A stretch of DNA of 64,000 nt, taken from NCBI GenBank assembly GCA_934454845.1, contig CAKSGV010000006.1:12898-76897 (forward strand). The letters run 5' to 3'. The notes beneath the pieces were generated by a model, which worked only from the letters and a program-made list of their open reading frames with translations, ran no database searches and had not been told where the DNA came from. Positions within the stretch are counted from its first letter, which is position 1. Every line of letters starts with the position of its first letter. Position numbers and translations under genes: made by a program. Source of the stretch: an uncultured Eubacteriales bacterium (GTDB taxonomy: Bacteria; Bacillota; Clostridia; Oscillospirales; Acutalibacteraceae). Shown here piece by piece: positions 54,924 to 64,000 of this stretch.

Positions 54924-56501
54924 ATGTGTTCAATTATGGGTTATTGTGATTCGGGTGCCTCCTTTTCTGCTTTTAAAAAAGGTTTTGATCTCACTGTTTC
55001 AAGAGGCCCCGACGATACAAGAATTGCAGATACAGGCTTTGGACTTTTAGGCTTTCACAGGCTCGCTATTATGGGACTTACGAGCGAGGGAATGCAGCCT
55101 TTTGAATTAAACGGAAGTTATGTGGTTTGCAACGGTGAAATTTACGGATTTGAAAAATTAAAAGCCGATCTTGCGGACTCTTATACCTTTAAAAGCGATT
55201 CCGACTGCGAGATAATTCTGCCGCTTTATGAGAAATATGACACCGAAATGTTTAAAATGCTTGACGCGGAATTTGCTATGATAATTTTTGACGGCAAGAA
55301 GAAAAAATATATTGCTGCCCGCGATCCGATAGGAATACGGCCGCTTTATTACGGAAAGGATTCTGAAGGTTCTTACATTTTTGCAAGCGAGCCTAAAAAC
55401 CTTATAGGTCTATGCAAAAAAATAATGCCTTTCCCGCCCGGCTGCTATTTTGAAGACGGAAAATTCACTTCCTACTGTGATATAACAGAGGTTAAAAAAG
55501 TAATAAAAGACGATATTGATACAGTCTGCAAAAACATAAAGGAAAAGCTAATTTCAGGAGTTGAAAAACGGCTCGTTTCAGACGCAAAGGTAGGATTTTT
55601 ATTATCCGGCGGACTTGATTCTTCGCTTGTTTGCTCTATCGCCGCAAAAAAATCCAAAGAAAAAATCAAAACCTTTGCAGTCGGAATGAGCGGCGACGCT
55701 ATCGATCTTAAATATGCAAAAGAAGTAGCCGATTATATCGGCAGCGATCACACCGAGGTTATAATGACTAAAGAAGAAGTCATTAAGTCTATAGACGAGG
55801 TTATAAAAATTCTCGGCACCTTTGATATCACCACCATAAGAGCAAGTATGGGAATGTATCTAATATGCAAATGGATTCACAAAAACACCGATATCAGAGT
55901 CTTACTTACAGGCGAAATTTCCGATGAGCTTTTCGGATATAAATATACTGATTTCGCTCCTAATGCAGAGGAATTCCAGAAAGAGTCCGTAAAGCGGGTA
56001 AAAGAGCTTCATATGTATGATGTTTTAAGAGCGGACCGCTGTATTTCGGTAAACTCGCTTGAAGCGAGAGTCCCTTTCGGAGATCTCGATTTTGTTAAGT
56101 ATGTTATGGCAATTAACCCCGAAATGAAAATGAACAAATACAACAAAGGCAAATATCTTTTAAGGCATGCCTTTGAGGGCGATTATCTGCCCCACGATAT
56201 TCTATACCGTGAAAAAGCGGCGTTTTCCGACGCGGTCGGTCATTCAATGGTAGACTATATGAAAGAATACGCAAACAGCTATTATTCCGATAAGGAATTT
56301 GAAGAAAAAAGAAAAAAATACACGCACGCCGCACCGTTTACAAAAGAATCGCTCTTATACAGAGAGATATTTGAAAAATATTATCCCGGTCAGGCTGAAA
56401 TGATAAAAGATTTCTGGATGCCGAACAAGTCATGGGAAGGCTGCGATGTCGACGATCCTTCGGCAAGGGTTCTTTCTAACTACGGTGACAGCGGAAAATA
56501 A
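54924..56501 (+). CDS. asnB: Asparagine synthase (glutamine-hydrolysing)
   Basis: Starts MCSIMGY (the N-terminal Cys nucleophile), 7 nt after GGAGGA. It has the PP-loop GFLLSGGLDSS. The track start at 54894 adds 10 unlikely residues. Confidence 0.93.
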   Translation: MCSIMGYCDSGASFSAFKKGFDLTVSRGPDDTRIADTGFGLLGFHRLAIMGLTSEGMQPFELNGSYVVCNGEIYGFEKLKADLADSYTFKSDSDCEIILPLYEKYDTEMFKMLDAEFAMIIFDGKKKKYIAARDPIGIRPLYYGKDSEGSYIFASEPKNLIGLCKKIMPFPPGCYFEDGKFTSYCDITEVKKVIKDDIDTVCKNIKEKLISGVEKRLVSDAKVGFLLSGGLDSSLVCSIAAKKSKEKIKTFAVGMSGDAIDLKYAKEVADYIGSDHTEVIMTKEEVIKSIDEVIKILGTFDITTIRASMGMYLICKWIHKNTDIRVLLTGEISDELFGYKYTDFAPNAEEFQKESVKRVKELHMYDVLRADRCISVNSLEARVPFGDLDFVKYVMAINPEMKMNKYNKGKYLLRHAFEGDYLPHDILYREKAAFSDAVGHSMVDYMKEYANSYYSDKEFEEKRKKYTHAAPFTKESLLYREIFEKYYPGQAEMIKDFWMPNKSWEGCDVDDPSARVLSNYGDSGK

Positions 56502-56519
56502 ATCTTAGAAGATGATACT

Positions 56520-57704
56520 ATGAAACCGAATGAAAACTATGATAAACTTAATGGCTCTTATTTATTTTACGATATTGAGCAGAAAGTGAAGGCATATTTG
56601 AAAAAATATCCCGATAAAAAACTGCTTAAATTAGGTGTGGGCGATGTTACCCTCCCTTTGTGCGGCGTGGTTATAAAAGCTATGCATAAAGCGGTAGACG
56701 AGCAGTCGCAAAAAGAAACCTTTCACGGATATATGCCCGAATGCGGCTGGGATAAGTTAAAGGGCGCAATTAAAGGATATTATAAAAAAAGAAATGTGTC
56801 CCTTAAAAAAAGCGAGATATTTATTTCCACGGGTGCTGGCGACGATCTCGGAAATATTCTTGATATGTTTTCTAAAAACAATACCGCTCTTGTGATAGAG
56901 CCGACTTATCCTGCCTATGTGGACTCAAATATTATCGCAGGCCATAAAATAATTCATCTCCCGGCTGACGATTCGACTCATTTTGCCCCTTATCCCGATG
57001 AGAGTATAAAAGCGGATATAATCTATATCTGCTCGCCGAACAATCCGACAGGAGCCGTTTTCGACCGCAAAAAACTTAAAGCCTGGGTTGATTACGCATT
57101 AAAGAATGACGCGGTTATAATTTTTGACGCCGCTTATGAGGCATTTATAACCGACAGTTCTATCCCTCACAGCATTTTCGAAATAGAGGGCAGTAAAAAA
57201 TGCGCGATAGAGATCTGTTCGCTGTCAAAAACAGCGGGATTTACAGGGGTTCGCTGCGGATACACGATAATTCCCGAGGCTTTAATAAGAAACGAAATGA
57301 ATTTTAATCAAATGTGGATAAGAAACAGGACCACAAAATCAAACGGTGTTTCATATGTCGTGCAGTGCGCGGCGTTAGCCGTGTTTTCCGAAGAGGGACA
57401 GAAAGAAATTCAAGAAAATCTTAATGTTTACCGATCAAATGCAAAAGTTTTAACAGACGCTCTCGACAGCTTAAATATTTGGTACTGCGGAGGGACCAAT
57501 GCTCCTTATATTTGGTTTAAATGCCCCGAAAATCTTTCAAGCTGGGAATGCTTTGATAAATTACTCGAAGAAAAGCAGATAATAGGCACGCCCGGCGTGG
57601 GATTCGGAAAATGCGCAGAGGGGTACTTCAGGCTTTCGTCATTCGGTGACTGCGAAGAAACTAAGGAAGCCGCCTTAAGGCTTACAGAGCTTTTTAAAAA
57701 ATAA
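56520..57704 (+). CDS. dapL: LL-diaminopimelate aminotransferase (DapL-type PLP aminotransferase)
   Basis: NENYDKLNGSYLFYDIEQKV...LKLGVGDVTLPL N-terminus typical of DapL, and a PLP lysine region (SLSKTAGFTGVRCGY). Confidence 0.85.
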   Translation: MKPNENYDKLNGSYLFYDIEQKVKAYLKKYPDKKLLKLGVGDVTLPLCGVVIKAMHKAVDEQSQKETFHGYMPECGWDKLKGAIKGYYKKRNVSLKKSEIFISTGAGDDLGNILDMFSKNNTALVIEPTYPAYVDSNIIAGHKIIHLPADDSTHFAPYPDESIKADIIYICSPNNPTGAVFDRKKLKAWVDYALKNDAVIIFDAAYEAFITDSSIPHSIFEIEGSKKCAIEICSLSKTAGFTGVRCGYTIIPEALIRNEMNFNQMWIRNRTTKSNGVSYVVQCAALAVFSEEGQKEIQENLNVYRSNAKVLTDALDSLNIWYCGGTNAPYIWFKCPENLSSWECFDKLLEEKQIIGTPGVGFGKCAEGYFRLSSFGDCEETKEAALRLTELFKK

Positions 57705-57713
57705 AATTATTTT

Positions 57714-57754
57714 GCGAATGTGTATGAATTCATCATCACATTCGCTTTTATTTT
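57714..57754 (+). terminator. Intrinsic terminator after dapL
   Basis: GCGAATGTG...CACATTCGC hairpin followed by TTTTATTTT. Confidence 0.78.
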
Positions 57755-57822
57755 AAATTACTTGTAAAAATATTAAATTTATTGTATTATATATATGTTA
57801 CTTTTTATTTGGAGGTAAAAAA

Positions 57823-59151
57823 ATGAAATTTTCCGAAAGTATTCTTTCGCCTAAAAAGCGCTTCCACGGCGGAGCCGAGATAGAGCATTTTAAGAATACA
57901 GAAGATTTTGAAACCGTTTTTATGCCTGCTAAAGGAACTTTGTGTATTCCTATGATTCAGCATATCGGCACACCCTGCGAACCGACAGTTAAAAAAGGAG
58001 ATAAGGTGTTTATCGGAACGCTTATAGGAAAAAGCGTTTCAAAAATCAGCGCTCCTATTTATTCAAGCTGTTCGGGAACTGTCAGTGATGTTAAAGAAAC
58101 CGATATTTCGGGAAGACAGGTTTTAAGTGTCTTTATTGAATCAGACGAAAAATCGGAATACGATCCCTCTCTTAAGCCGTTCCCCGTAAAAAGCCCCGAA
58201 GATCTTAAAAACGCGGCTTTTAACTGCGGTCTTGTGGGCTTAGGCGGCGCAGGATTTCCCACTTATATAAAGCTTGATTCAAATTCTGCGGATCTTGACA
58301 CTCTTATTATCAACGCCGCGGAATGCGAGCCTTATATCACTTCGGACTACAGAGAATCGCTTGAAAACTTCAACGATATTATCGAGGGCGTATATTTAAT
58401 CAAAGATATCCTCAAATTGCAGAAAGTTATTATCTGCGTAGAAAAAAATAAGCCAAAGGCTATAGATAAGCTTATGCTTGTTGCCGCAGATCACCGCGAT
58501 GCAGACGATTCGGTTAAAGTTATGCAGCTGCCGGATACTTATCCGCAGGGCGCGGAAAAGCTGCTCGTATATTCTGCAACGGGAAGAAAAATTTCACAGG
58601 GTATGCTCCCCTCGGATGTGGGATGCCTTGTTATGAATATCACGACCGTCGGAACATTATACAGATTTATAACTTCGGGGAAACCGCTCACCGCAAAAAG
58701 AATAACTCTTGACGGAACGGCGATAACCGAGCCTAAAAATATAATGGTTCCTATAGGCACTTCTGTAAAAGCGGTGCTTGATTTTTCCGATAATCCCGAT
58801 CCTGACGGTGAAAGCATTATAATAGGCGGTCCTATGATGGGAACTTCGGCTGCAAATCTCAACGCGGTCATAGAAAAAAGAACTAACGCCGTTCTTGTTA
58901 TGAAGCCGAAAGCTTCAAAACTAATGACTAATTGCATTCACTGCCAAAGGTGCGCGGGAGTATGTCCTATGAGCCTTTATCCGGCACAGGTTGAGGCTGC
59001 TTTAAGATCGGATCATAAAGAAATGCTCGATCAGCTTTATGTCGGTTACTGTATAGAATGCGGATGCTGCTCATATATCTGCCCCGCCGCAATACCTCTC
59101 ACACAATCGATGAGAACGGCAAAAGCAGAATTAAGGAGGAATAAAAAATGA
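57823..59151 (+). CDS. rnfC: Rnf electron transport complex subunit C
   Basis: GLVGLGGAGFPT nucleotide-binding motif and two C-terminal 4Fe-4S motifs (CIHCQRCAGVCP, CIECGCCSYICP). Confidence 0.95.
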   Translation: MKFSESILSPKKRFHGGAEIEHFKNTEDFETVFMPAKGTLCIPMIQHIGTPCEPTVKKGDKVFIGTLIGKSVSKISAPIYSSCSGTVSDVKETDISGRQVLSVFIESDEKSEYDPSLKPFPVKSPEDLKNAAFNCGLVGLGGAGFPTYIKLDSNSADLDTLIINAAECEPYITSDYRESLENFNDIIEGVYLIKDILKLQKVIICVEKNKPKAIDKLMLVAADHRDADDSVKVMQLPDTYPQGAEKLLVYSATGRKISQGMLPSDVGCLVMNITTVGTLYRFITSGKPLTAKRITLDGTAITEPKNIMVPIGTSVKAVLDFSDNPDPDGESIIIGGPMMGTSAANLNAVIEKRTNAVLVMKPKASKLMTNCIHCQRCAGVCPMSLYPAQVEAALRSDHKEMLDQLYVGYCIECGCCSYICPAAIPLTQSMRTAKAELRRNKK

Positions 59152-60092
59152 AAGAAATTTTAAAGGTTTCATCTTCTCCTCATATTAAACATCCCGAAAC
59201 GACAAGGGGAATTATGGCTGATGTTATTATAGCGCTTTTGCCAGCCGCTATCTTCGGATGTATCCTATTCGGTGTAAGGGCACTTTTGGTACTGCTTGTT
59301 TGCGTGGCAGCGGCAGTTGCTTCGGAATTTTTATGGAATCTTATTCTTAAAAAACCTAACACGATAGGCGATCTTTCCGCTGTGCTTACAGGTCTTTTGC
59401 TCGGAATGAACCTATCGCCCAAAATTCCGCTTTATATGGCGGCAATAGGCTCTGTTGCGGCTATTATAGTAGTTAAGCAGATGTTCGGAGGGTTAGGTCA
59501 TAATTTTGTGAATCCCGCTATAGCCGCCAGAATTATTCTTATGGTCTCTTTCCCATCTGCAATGAACAGATTTTCAGATCCTGTTTTTTCAGTGGGAGAA
59601 GCCGCAAAAGCAGTTACAAGCGCTACTCCTTTAAGCGACAGCTCGGCGGCTGTAAGCCTTAAATATGCCTTTTTCGGCTTTTACAGAGGCTGTATCGGCG
59701 AAACCTGCACATTCCTTTTAATCATAGGCGGTATTTATCTTATTGTAAGAAAGATCATCTCGCCTGCAATTCCTTTAAGTTTTCTTGCAACTGTGGCGGT
59801 TTTGAGCCTTGTCTCTCATCAGAATGTTGCTATGCAGCTTTGCACAGGCGGTCTTATGCTAGGCGCGATATTTATGGCCACGGATTATACTACCAGCCCG
59901 AAAAGCACTATAGGCAAAATTATTTACGGTATCGGCTGCGGTGCAATAACATTTATTATAAGAAAATTCGGATCTCTTCCCGAAGGCGTTTCATATTCGA
60001 TAATCCTTATGAATATTATAACTCCTCTTATTGACAGATTTACTTTAAGAAAGCCTTTTGGCTTTAAAAAGGCGGTGAAAGCTCATGAGTAA
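59148..60092 (+). CDS. rnfD: Rnf complex subunit D
   Basis: Polytopic NqrB/RnfD pattern with the FMN-attachment TSATPL motif. Confidence 0.94.
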   Translation: MKEILKVSSSPHIKHPETTRGIMADVIIALLPAAIFGCILFGVRALLVLLVCVAAAVASEFLWNLILKKPNTIGDLSAVLTGLLLGMNLSPKIPLYMAAIGSVAAIIVVKQMFGGLGHNFVNPAIAARIILMVSFPSAMNRFSDPVFSVGEAAKAVTSATPLSDSSAAVSLKYAFFGFYRGCIGETCTFLLIIGGIYLIVRKIISPAIPLSFLATVAVLSLVSHQNVAMQLCTGGLMLGAIFMATDYTTSPKSTIGKIIYGIGCGAITFIIRKFGSLPEGVSYSIILMNIITPLIDRFTLRKPFGFKKAVKAHE

Positions 60093-60687
60093 CGGAACAA
60101 ATAATTCTCAGGGCTTTAAAAAGGATCTTTTATACCCTACTCTAACGCTTGTAATAATCTGCTTTACAGTAACTCTGATGTTAAGCGGAACAAATCTTAT
60201 GACCTCTAAAAAAATCGAAAAGCTATCTAAAAAACAGCAAAACGATTCAATGAGCGAGGTTATGCCTGCGGATGAATATGTGGAATTCCCGTTTCAGGTA
60301 AAAGACGGATATGCCGACTGCTATAAGGCTGTTAAAGACGGAAATGAAATAGGTTATATTTTCATCACTTCCTCAAAGGGTTACGGCGGCGATATTTCCG
60401 TGATGACGGCGATAGACCAAGAAAAAACAATAAAAGCTGTAAAAATACTTTCCGCAGACGACGAAACCCCGGGGCTCGGACAAAATGTCAAACGAACTGA
60501 TTTTTTAAAGCAGTTTTCAAAACTTAAAGATAATATCACCGTAGTTAAAAACGGAGCGGACAGCGATAAAAACGAGATAAACGCCGTAACTGGAGCGACA
60601 AGAAGCTCCAGAGCCGTAATGACTGCGGTAAACAAAGCGCTTGAGTATATGAACGAGCTTACACAGGAGGAAACGGCGAATGAATAA
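60085..60687 (+). CDS. rnfG: Rnf complex subunit G
   Basis: N-terminal TM helix and an FMN-binding domain with AVTGATRSS. Confidence 0.92.
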   Translation: MSNGTNNSQGFKKDLLYPTLTLVIICFTVTLMLSGTNLMTSKKIEKLSKKQQNDSMSEVMPADEYVEFPFQVKDGYADCYKAVKDGNEIGYIFITSSKGYGGDISVMTAIDQEKTIKAVKILSADDETPGLGQNVKRTDFLKQFSKLKDNITVVKNGADSDKNEINAVTGATRSSRAVMTAVNKALEYMNELTQEETANE

Positions 60688-61363
60688 GAATATTAAATAT
60701 CTCACAAACGGTTTTATAAAAGAAAATCCTGTTTTAAGACTTGTTCTCGGTACCTGCCCGACGCTCGCCGTTACGACCTCCGCCAAAAACGGTATAGGAA
60801 TGGGTATAGCGGCAACAGCGGTGCTTATTTGCTCTAACCTTGTTATATCTCTTCTTAGAAAAGTAATTCCCGATAAGGTCAGAATTCCGGCATATATCAC
60901 TATTATCGCGGGCTTTGTAAGCATTGTTCAGTTACTTGTAAAAGCGTATGCTCCTTCAATCGACGAATCGCTCGGAATTTATCTTCCGCTGATAGTTGTA
61001 AACTGTATAATTTTAGCAAGAGCCGAGATGTTTGCTTCAAAAAATCCGGTGCTTCCAAGCGTGTTAGACGGTCTCGGAATGGGAATAGGATTTACGGCAA
61101 CGCTCACTCTTATGGGAATAATCAGAGAATTTTTTGGAGCCGGCACGTTTTTTGCACTGCCTGTAACTTCAAAAATTATCGATCCTATGATAATATTCCT
61201 TTTGCCTCCCGGCGGATTTTTCGTGTTCGGAATTTTAGTTGCAATATCTAATGCATTAGCTAAAAAATCCGGAAAAAAACCTGTAAGCGACCTTGACTGC
61301 AGGAACTGCCCTGCAAGTTCTGTTTGCTCTGAATATAAACAAAAGGAGGAAGAAAATAAATGA
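60680..61363 (+). CDS. rnfE: Rnf complex subunit E
   Basis: NPVLRLVLGTCPTLAVTTSA and YLPLIVVNCIILARAE, typical of RnfE/NqrD. Confidence 0.93.
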   Translation: MNKNIKYLTNGFIKENPVLRLVLGTCPTLAVTTSAKNGIGMGIAATAVLICSNLVISLLRKVIPDKVRIPAYITIIAGFVSIVQLLVKAYAPSIDESLGIYLPLIVVNCIILARAEMFASKNPVLPSVLDGLGMGIGFTATLTLMGIIREFFGAGTFFALPVTSKIIDPMIIFLLPPGGFFVFGILVAISNALAKKSGKKPVSDLDCRNCPASSVCSEYKQKEEENK

Positions 61364-61968
61364 ACACTTATGTGATGTTAGCCTCCATTCTGCTTGCGGG
61401 AATTCTCAGCAATAATATGGTCCTTTCGAAGTTTTTAGGGATCTGCTCTTTTTTAGGAGTATCAAAAAAGACCTCCACCTCTGTTTCTATGAGCCTTGCG
61501 GTAATACTTGTTATGCTTATTTCAACTGCTGTGACTTATCCTATTTATTATTTTGTTTTAAGAAACAAATTCGAATATCTTATCACGGTGGTATTCATTC
61601 TTGTTATCGCGGCAGTGGTCCAGCTGCTTGAAATTCTTATGAAGAAATTTATGAATTCTCTATACCATGCGCTCGGAATTTATCTTCCGCTTATCACGAC
61701 CAACTGTGCGGTGCTTGGTATTGCAATGCTCAATACCACTGATTTTGACGCGGCAAAGTACTCATTTTCAAAGCTCTATCTTTTCTCTCTTACAAACGCT
61801 TTGGCGGCAGGCGCGGGATTTTTGCTTGCAATGCTCCTTTTCTCGGGAGTAAGAGAGCGGCTCGAAACGGCTGATGTACCTGAATTTTTAAAAGGTCTTC
61901 CCATAACTTTAATTGCGGCGGCGCTTGTTTCCCTCTCATTTCTGGGATTTGCCGGAATCGGAGGTTAA
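61360..61968 (+). CDS. rnfA: Rnf complex subunit A
   Basis: NNMVLSKFLGICSFLGVS and YLPLITTNCAVLG, typical of RnfA/NqrE. Confidence 0.93.
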   Translation: MNTYVMLASILLAGILSNNMVLSKFLGICSFLGVSKKTSTSVSMSLAVILVMLISTAVTYPIYYFVLRNKFEYLITVVFILVIAAVVQLLEILMKKFMNSLYHALGIYLPLITTNCAVLGIAMLNTTDFDAAKYSFSKLYLFSLTNALAAGAGFLLAMLLFSGVRERLETADVPEFLKGLPITLIAAALVSLSFLGFAGIGG

Positions 61969-62753
61969 TGATTATGAGTTCAATTATTATACCGGTTGTT
62001 TTTGTTGTCGCTATAGGTATTATCGCAGGAGTGGGATTATCGCTTGCCTCAGTTTTCTTCGGTGTTAAAAATGATGAAAAGCAAGAAAAAATAAGAGGAT
62101 GTCTTCCCGGAGCCAACTGCGGCTCCTGCGGATATTCAGGGTGCGACGGTTATGCTGCCGCCATAGCCTCTGGCGAGGCTTCCCCGGATAAATGCGCTCC
62201 CGGCGGAGCCAAAACCGCTCAGATGCTTTCCGAGATTTTAGGCACTGAAATAAAAACCGATAAAAAAGCCGCCTTTATAGGCTGCTCAAGAACCGAGGAA
62301 AATTCAAAGCTCCTTTATTCTTATGAGGGGATCAAATCCTGTGAAGCGGCTTCTTTGGTACTTAAAGGTCCGCTTGCCTGTGAATACGGATGTATCGGAT
62401 TCGGCGACTGCGTTAAGGCGTGCAAATTTGAGGCTATTAAATTTGAAAATAATTTACCCATTGTATGCAAAGATCTCTGTACAGGATGCGGAGAATGCGC
62501 TAAAGTATGTCCTAAACAGCTTATAGATCTTTTACCCTTAAAATCGAAGGTAAGTGTCGGGTGCAAAAATAAGTCAAAAGGACCGTCTGTAGTAAAAAAC
62601 TGTGCGGTTTCGTGTATCGCGTGCGGAATGTGCGAAAAAGCCTGCAAGTTTGACGCAATTCATGTTAAAGACAATCTCGCTGTGATAGATTATGATAAAT
62701 GCAAAGGTTGCAAGGCCTGCGTTAAAGCCTGCAAGCGCGGAGTAATAAAATAA
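61968..62753 (+). CDS. rnfB: Rnf complex subunit B (polyferredoxin)
   Basis: N-terminal TM helix, a CxxCGxxGC cluster (CGSCGYSGCDGYA) and repeated CxxCxxCxxxCP ferredoxin motifs. Confidence 0.93.
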   Translation: MIMSSIIIPVVFVVAIGIIAGVGLSLASVFFGVKNDEKQEKIRGCLPGANCGSCGYSGCDGYAAAIASGEASPDKCAPGGAKTAQMLSEILGTEIKTDKKAAFIGCSRTEENSKLLYSYEGIKSCEAASLVLKGPLACEYGCIGFGDCVKACKFEAIKFENNLPIVCKDLCTGCGECAKVCPKQLIDLLPLKSKVSVGCKNKSKGPSVVKNCAVSCIACGMCEKACKFDAIHVKDNLAVIDYDKCKGCKACVKACKRGVIK

Positions 62754-62775
62754 ACATTGTATTGTCTAAAAAAAT

Positions 62776-62807
62776 AAGTGCATAACCGAAAACTCGGTTA
62801 TGCACTT
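62776..62807. terminator. Bidirectional terminator between rnfB and rpsA
   Basis: AAGTGCATAACCGA-aaac-TCGGTTATGCACTT, flanked by A-runs and T-runs. Confidence 0.82.
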
Positions 62808-62820
62808 TATTTTTTTATAA

Positions 62821-63999
62821 TTATTCAGCTGTTTCTTCCGAATCAGCAGTTTTTTCCTCTTCTTTAACTTCTTCCTCACTCGGAGCAATTAAAGCGCGGA
62901 TAGAAAGGCTTACTCTCTTTTTCTCCTGATCAACAGCAATTATCTTAGCCTGAACTTCCTGACCTACGGAAAGCTCATCCTGCGGCTTTTCAACATGCTT
63001 ATCAGCGATCTGAGAAATATGGATAAGACCGTCAACCCCAGGGAGAATTCTTGCAAATGCGCCGTAAGAAGTGAGGCTTACGATCTTAACATCGGCAACA
63101 TCTCCGACAGCGAACTTGTTATTGAAAACAGTCCACGGATTATCCTCTTCTTTTTTATATCCTAAAGAAATCTTCCTCTTTTCGGGATCTAGAGCTTTAA
63201 CATAAACCTCAACAGTATCGCCTACAGAAAGAATTTCAGACGGATTTTTAATGCGCTGCCACGAAAGCTCCGAAATATGTACCATTCCGTCAACTCCGCC
63301 GATATCTACAAACGCACTGTAAGAAGTGAGCGATTTAACAACGCCTGTAAATCTATCGCCTACAGCGATATCTGCCCAGATCTTATCTTCAGCTGCCTTG
63401 CGCTGTTCTTTGAGCACGCTGCGGATAGAACCTACGGCTCTTCTGCCGCGGCCGATCTCGATTATTCTGAACTGAACCTGTTTGCCTTTAAGGTCTTCAA
63501 GCGGTTCATTTCTTGAAGCTGTAGCCTGAGAAGCAGGGATAAAGATACGGATATTGCTTGAATAAACCTGAACTCCGCCCTTAATGATATCCTTAACAAC
63601 TCCGGTGAGAATTTCTCCCGAATCCTTAGCGGCAACTATATTGTCCCAACCGGCAATAGCATCATAACGACGCTTTGAAAGCATTGCGGTTCCTTCCTGA
63701 TCATTGACCTTCATAATAATAAGATCAAGCTTGTCGCCTATCTTAACTTCGTCTTCCAACTTAACATTGGGGTCAAGAGAAAATTCATCGACAGAAACAT
63801 AACCTGCAAGACCTCTTCCGATATCCACCTGAATTTCAGTGGGGCTAACGGCAAGAACGGTTCCCGTTACTTTCTGATCTCCTGTTAAGTTGCTGAGCGA
63901 AGCCTCAAACGCTTCCTCATCCGTCATTTCCTCGAAGCTTTTTTGAACAGTTGCATTTCCCTCCATCTGTTCGTCTACCGGTTGTAAAATTTCCGACAT
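62821..63999 (-). CDS. rpsA: 30S ribosomal protein S1 (four S1 domains); the N-terminus may extend beyond the window
   Basis: Four repeats of the S1 motif (G.V....P....VDIG....G.V..SE.S). The first Met is 1 nt from the window edge, so an upstream fusion cannot be excluded. Confidence 0.88.
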   Translation of the reverse strand: MSEILQPVDEQMEGNATVQKSFEEMTDEEAFEASLSNLTGDQKVTGTVLAVSPTEIQVDIGRGLAGYVSVDEFSLDPNVKLEDEVKIGDKLDLIIMKVNDQEGTAMLSKRRYDAIAGWDNIVAAKDSGEILTGVVKDIIKGGVQVYSSNIRIFIPASQATASRNEPLEDLKGKQVQFRIIEIGRGRRAVGSIRSVLKEQRKAAEDKIWADIAVGDRFTGVVKSLTSYSAFVDIGGVDGMVHISELSWQRIKNPSEILSVGDTVEVYVKALDPEKRKISLGYKKEEDNPWTVFNNKFAVGDVADVKIVSLTSYGAFARILPGVDGLIHISQIADKHVEKPQDELSVGQEVQAKIIAVDQEKKRVSLSIRALIAPSEEEVKEEEKTADSEETAE

Positions 64000-64000
64000 G

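Noticed and set aside
63900-64000. Possibility that rpsA is the C-terminal half of an IspH-S1 fusion, as in many Clostridia.
   Set aside because: The reading frame reaches a Met 1 nt from the window edge and the upstream sequence is not available, so this cannot be decided. It is annotated as S1, with the N-terminus flagged as uncertain.

Overview
This is a low-GC Firmicutes (Clostridia-type, anaerobic spore-former) chromosomal segment, and most of it is core housekeeping. On the minus strand it carries the str operon (rpsL-rpsG-fusA, with fusA truncated by the window start), groES-groEL, and the conserved yabM-hup-yabO-yabP-yabQ-divIC-yabR sporulation/division block. It also carries a recJ-relA-dtd-MBL-hemZ chain, a Wzm/Wzt-type glycan export locus with a double GT2 enzyme, dut and nrdDG. 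Further on are a TetR-DUF308-MMPL operon, a large nitrogen-assimilation cluster, rnfCDGEAB and rpsA. The nitrogen cluster holds a three-polypeptide glutamate synthase divergent from GSIII glnA, an Amt-PII fusion, asnB and dapL. Accessory content is small. The first item is a tRNA-Leu(UAG) followed by an A+T-rich cassette that encodes a MuF-fragment::barnase toxin and a barstar immunity protein. The second is a secreted/anchored protein pair divergent from a MerR/GyrI regulator. The third is a partial duplication of an esterase 3' end around a lipoprotein gene. The most interesting non-coding signal is a leader module present three times in the shared control region of the nitrogen operons. In each copy, a hairpin with an AA(A/C)GGC hexaloop is mutually exclusive with a long intrinsic terminator. 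An Asn-type T-box also lies inside the glnA-amt-asnB transcript. No CRISPR array, transposase, integrase or recognisable multi-gene defence system was seen. All calls rest on reading the ORF translations and sequence motifs by eye; no database searches were run.
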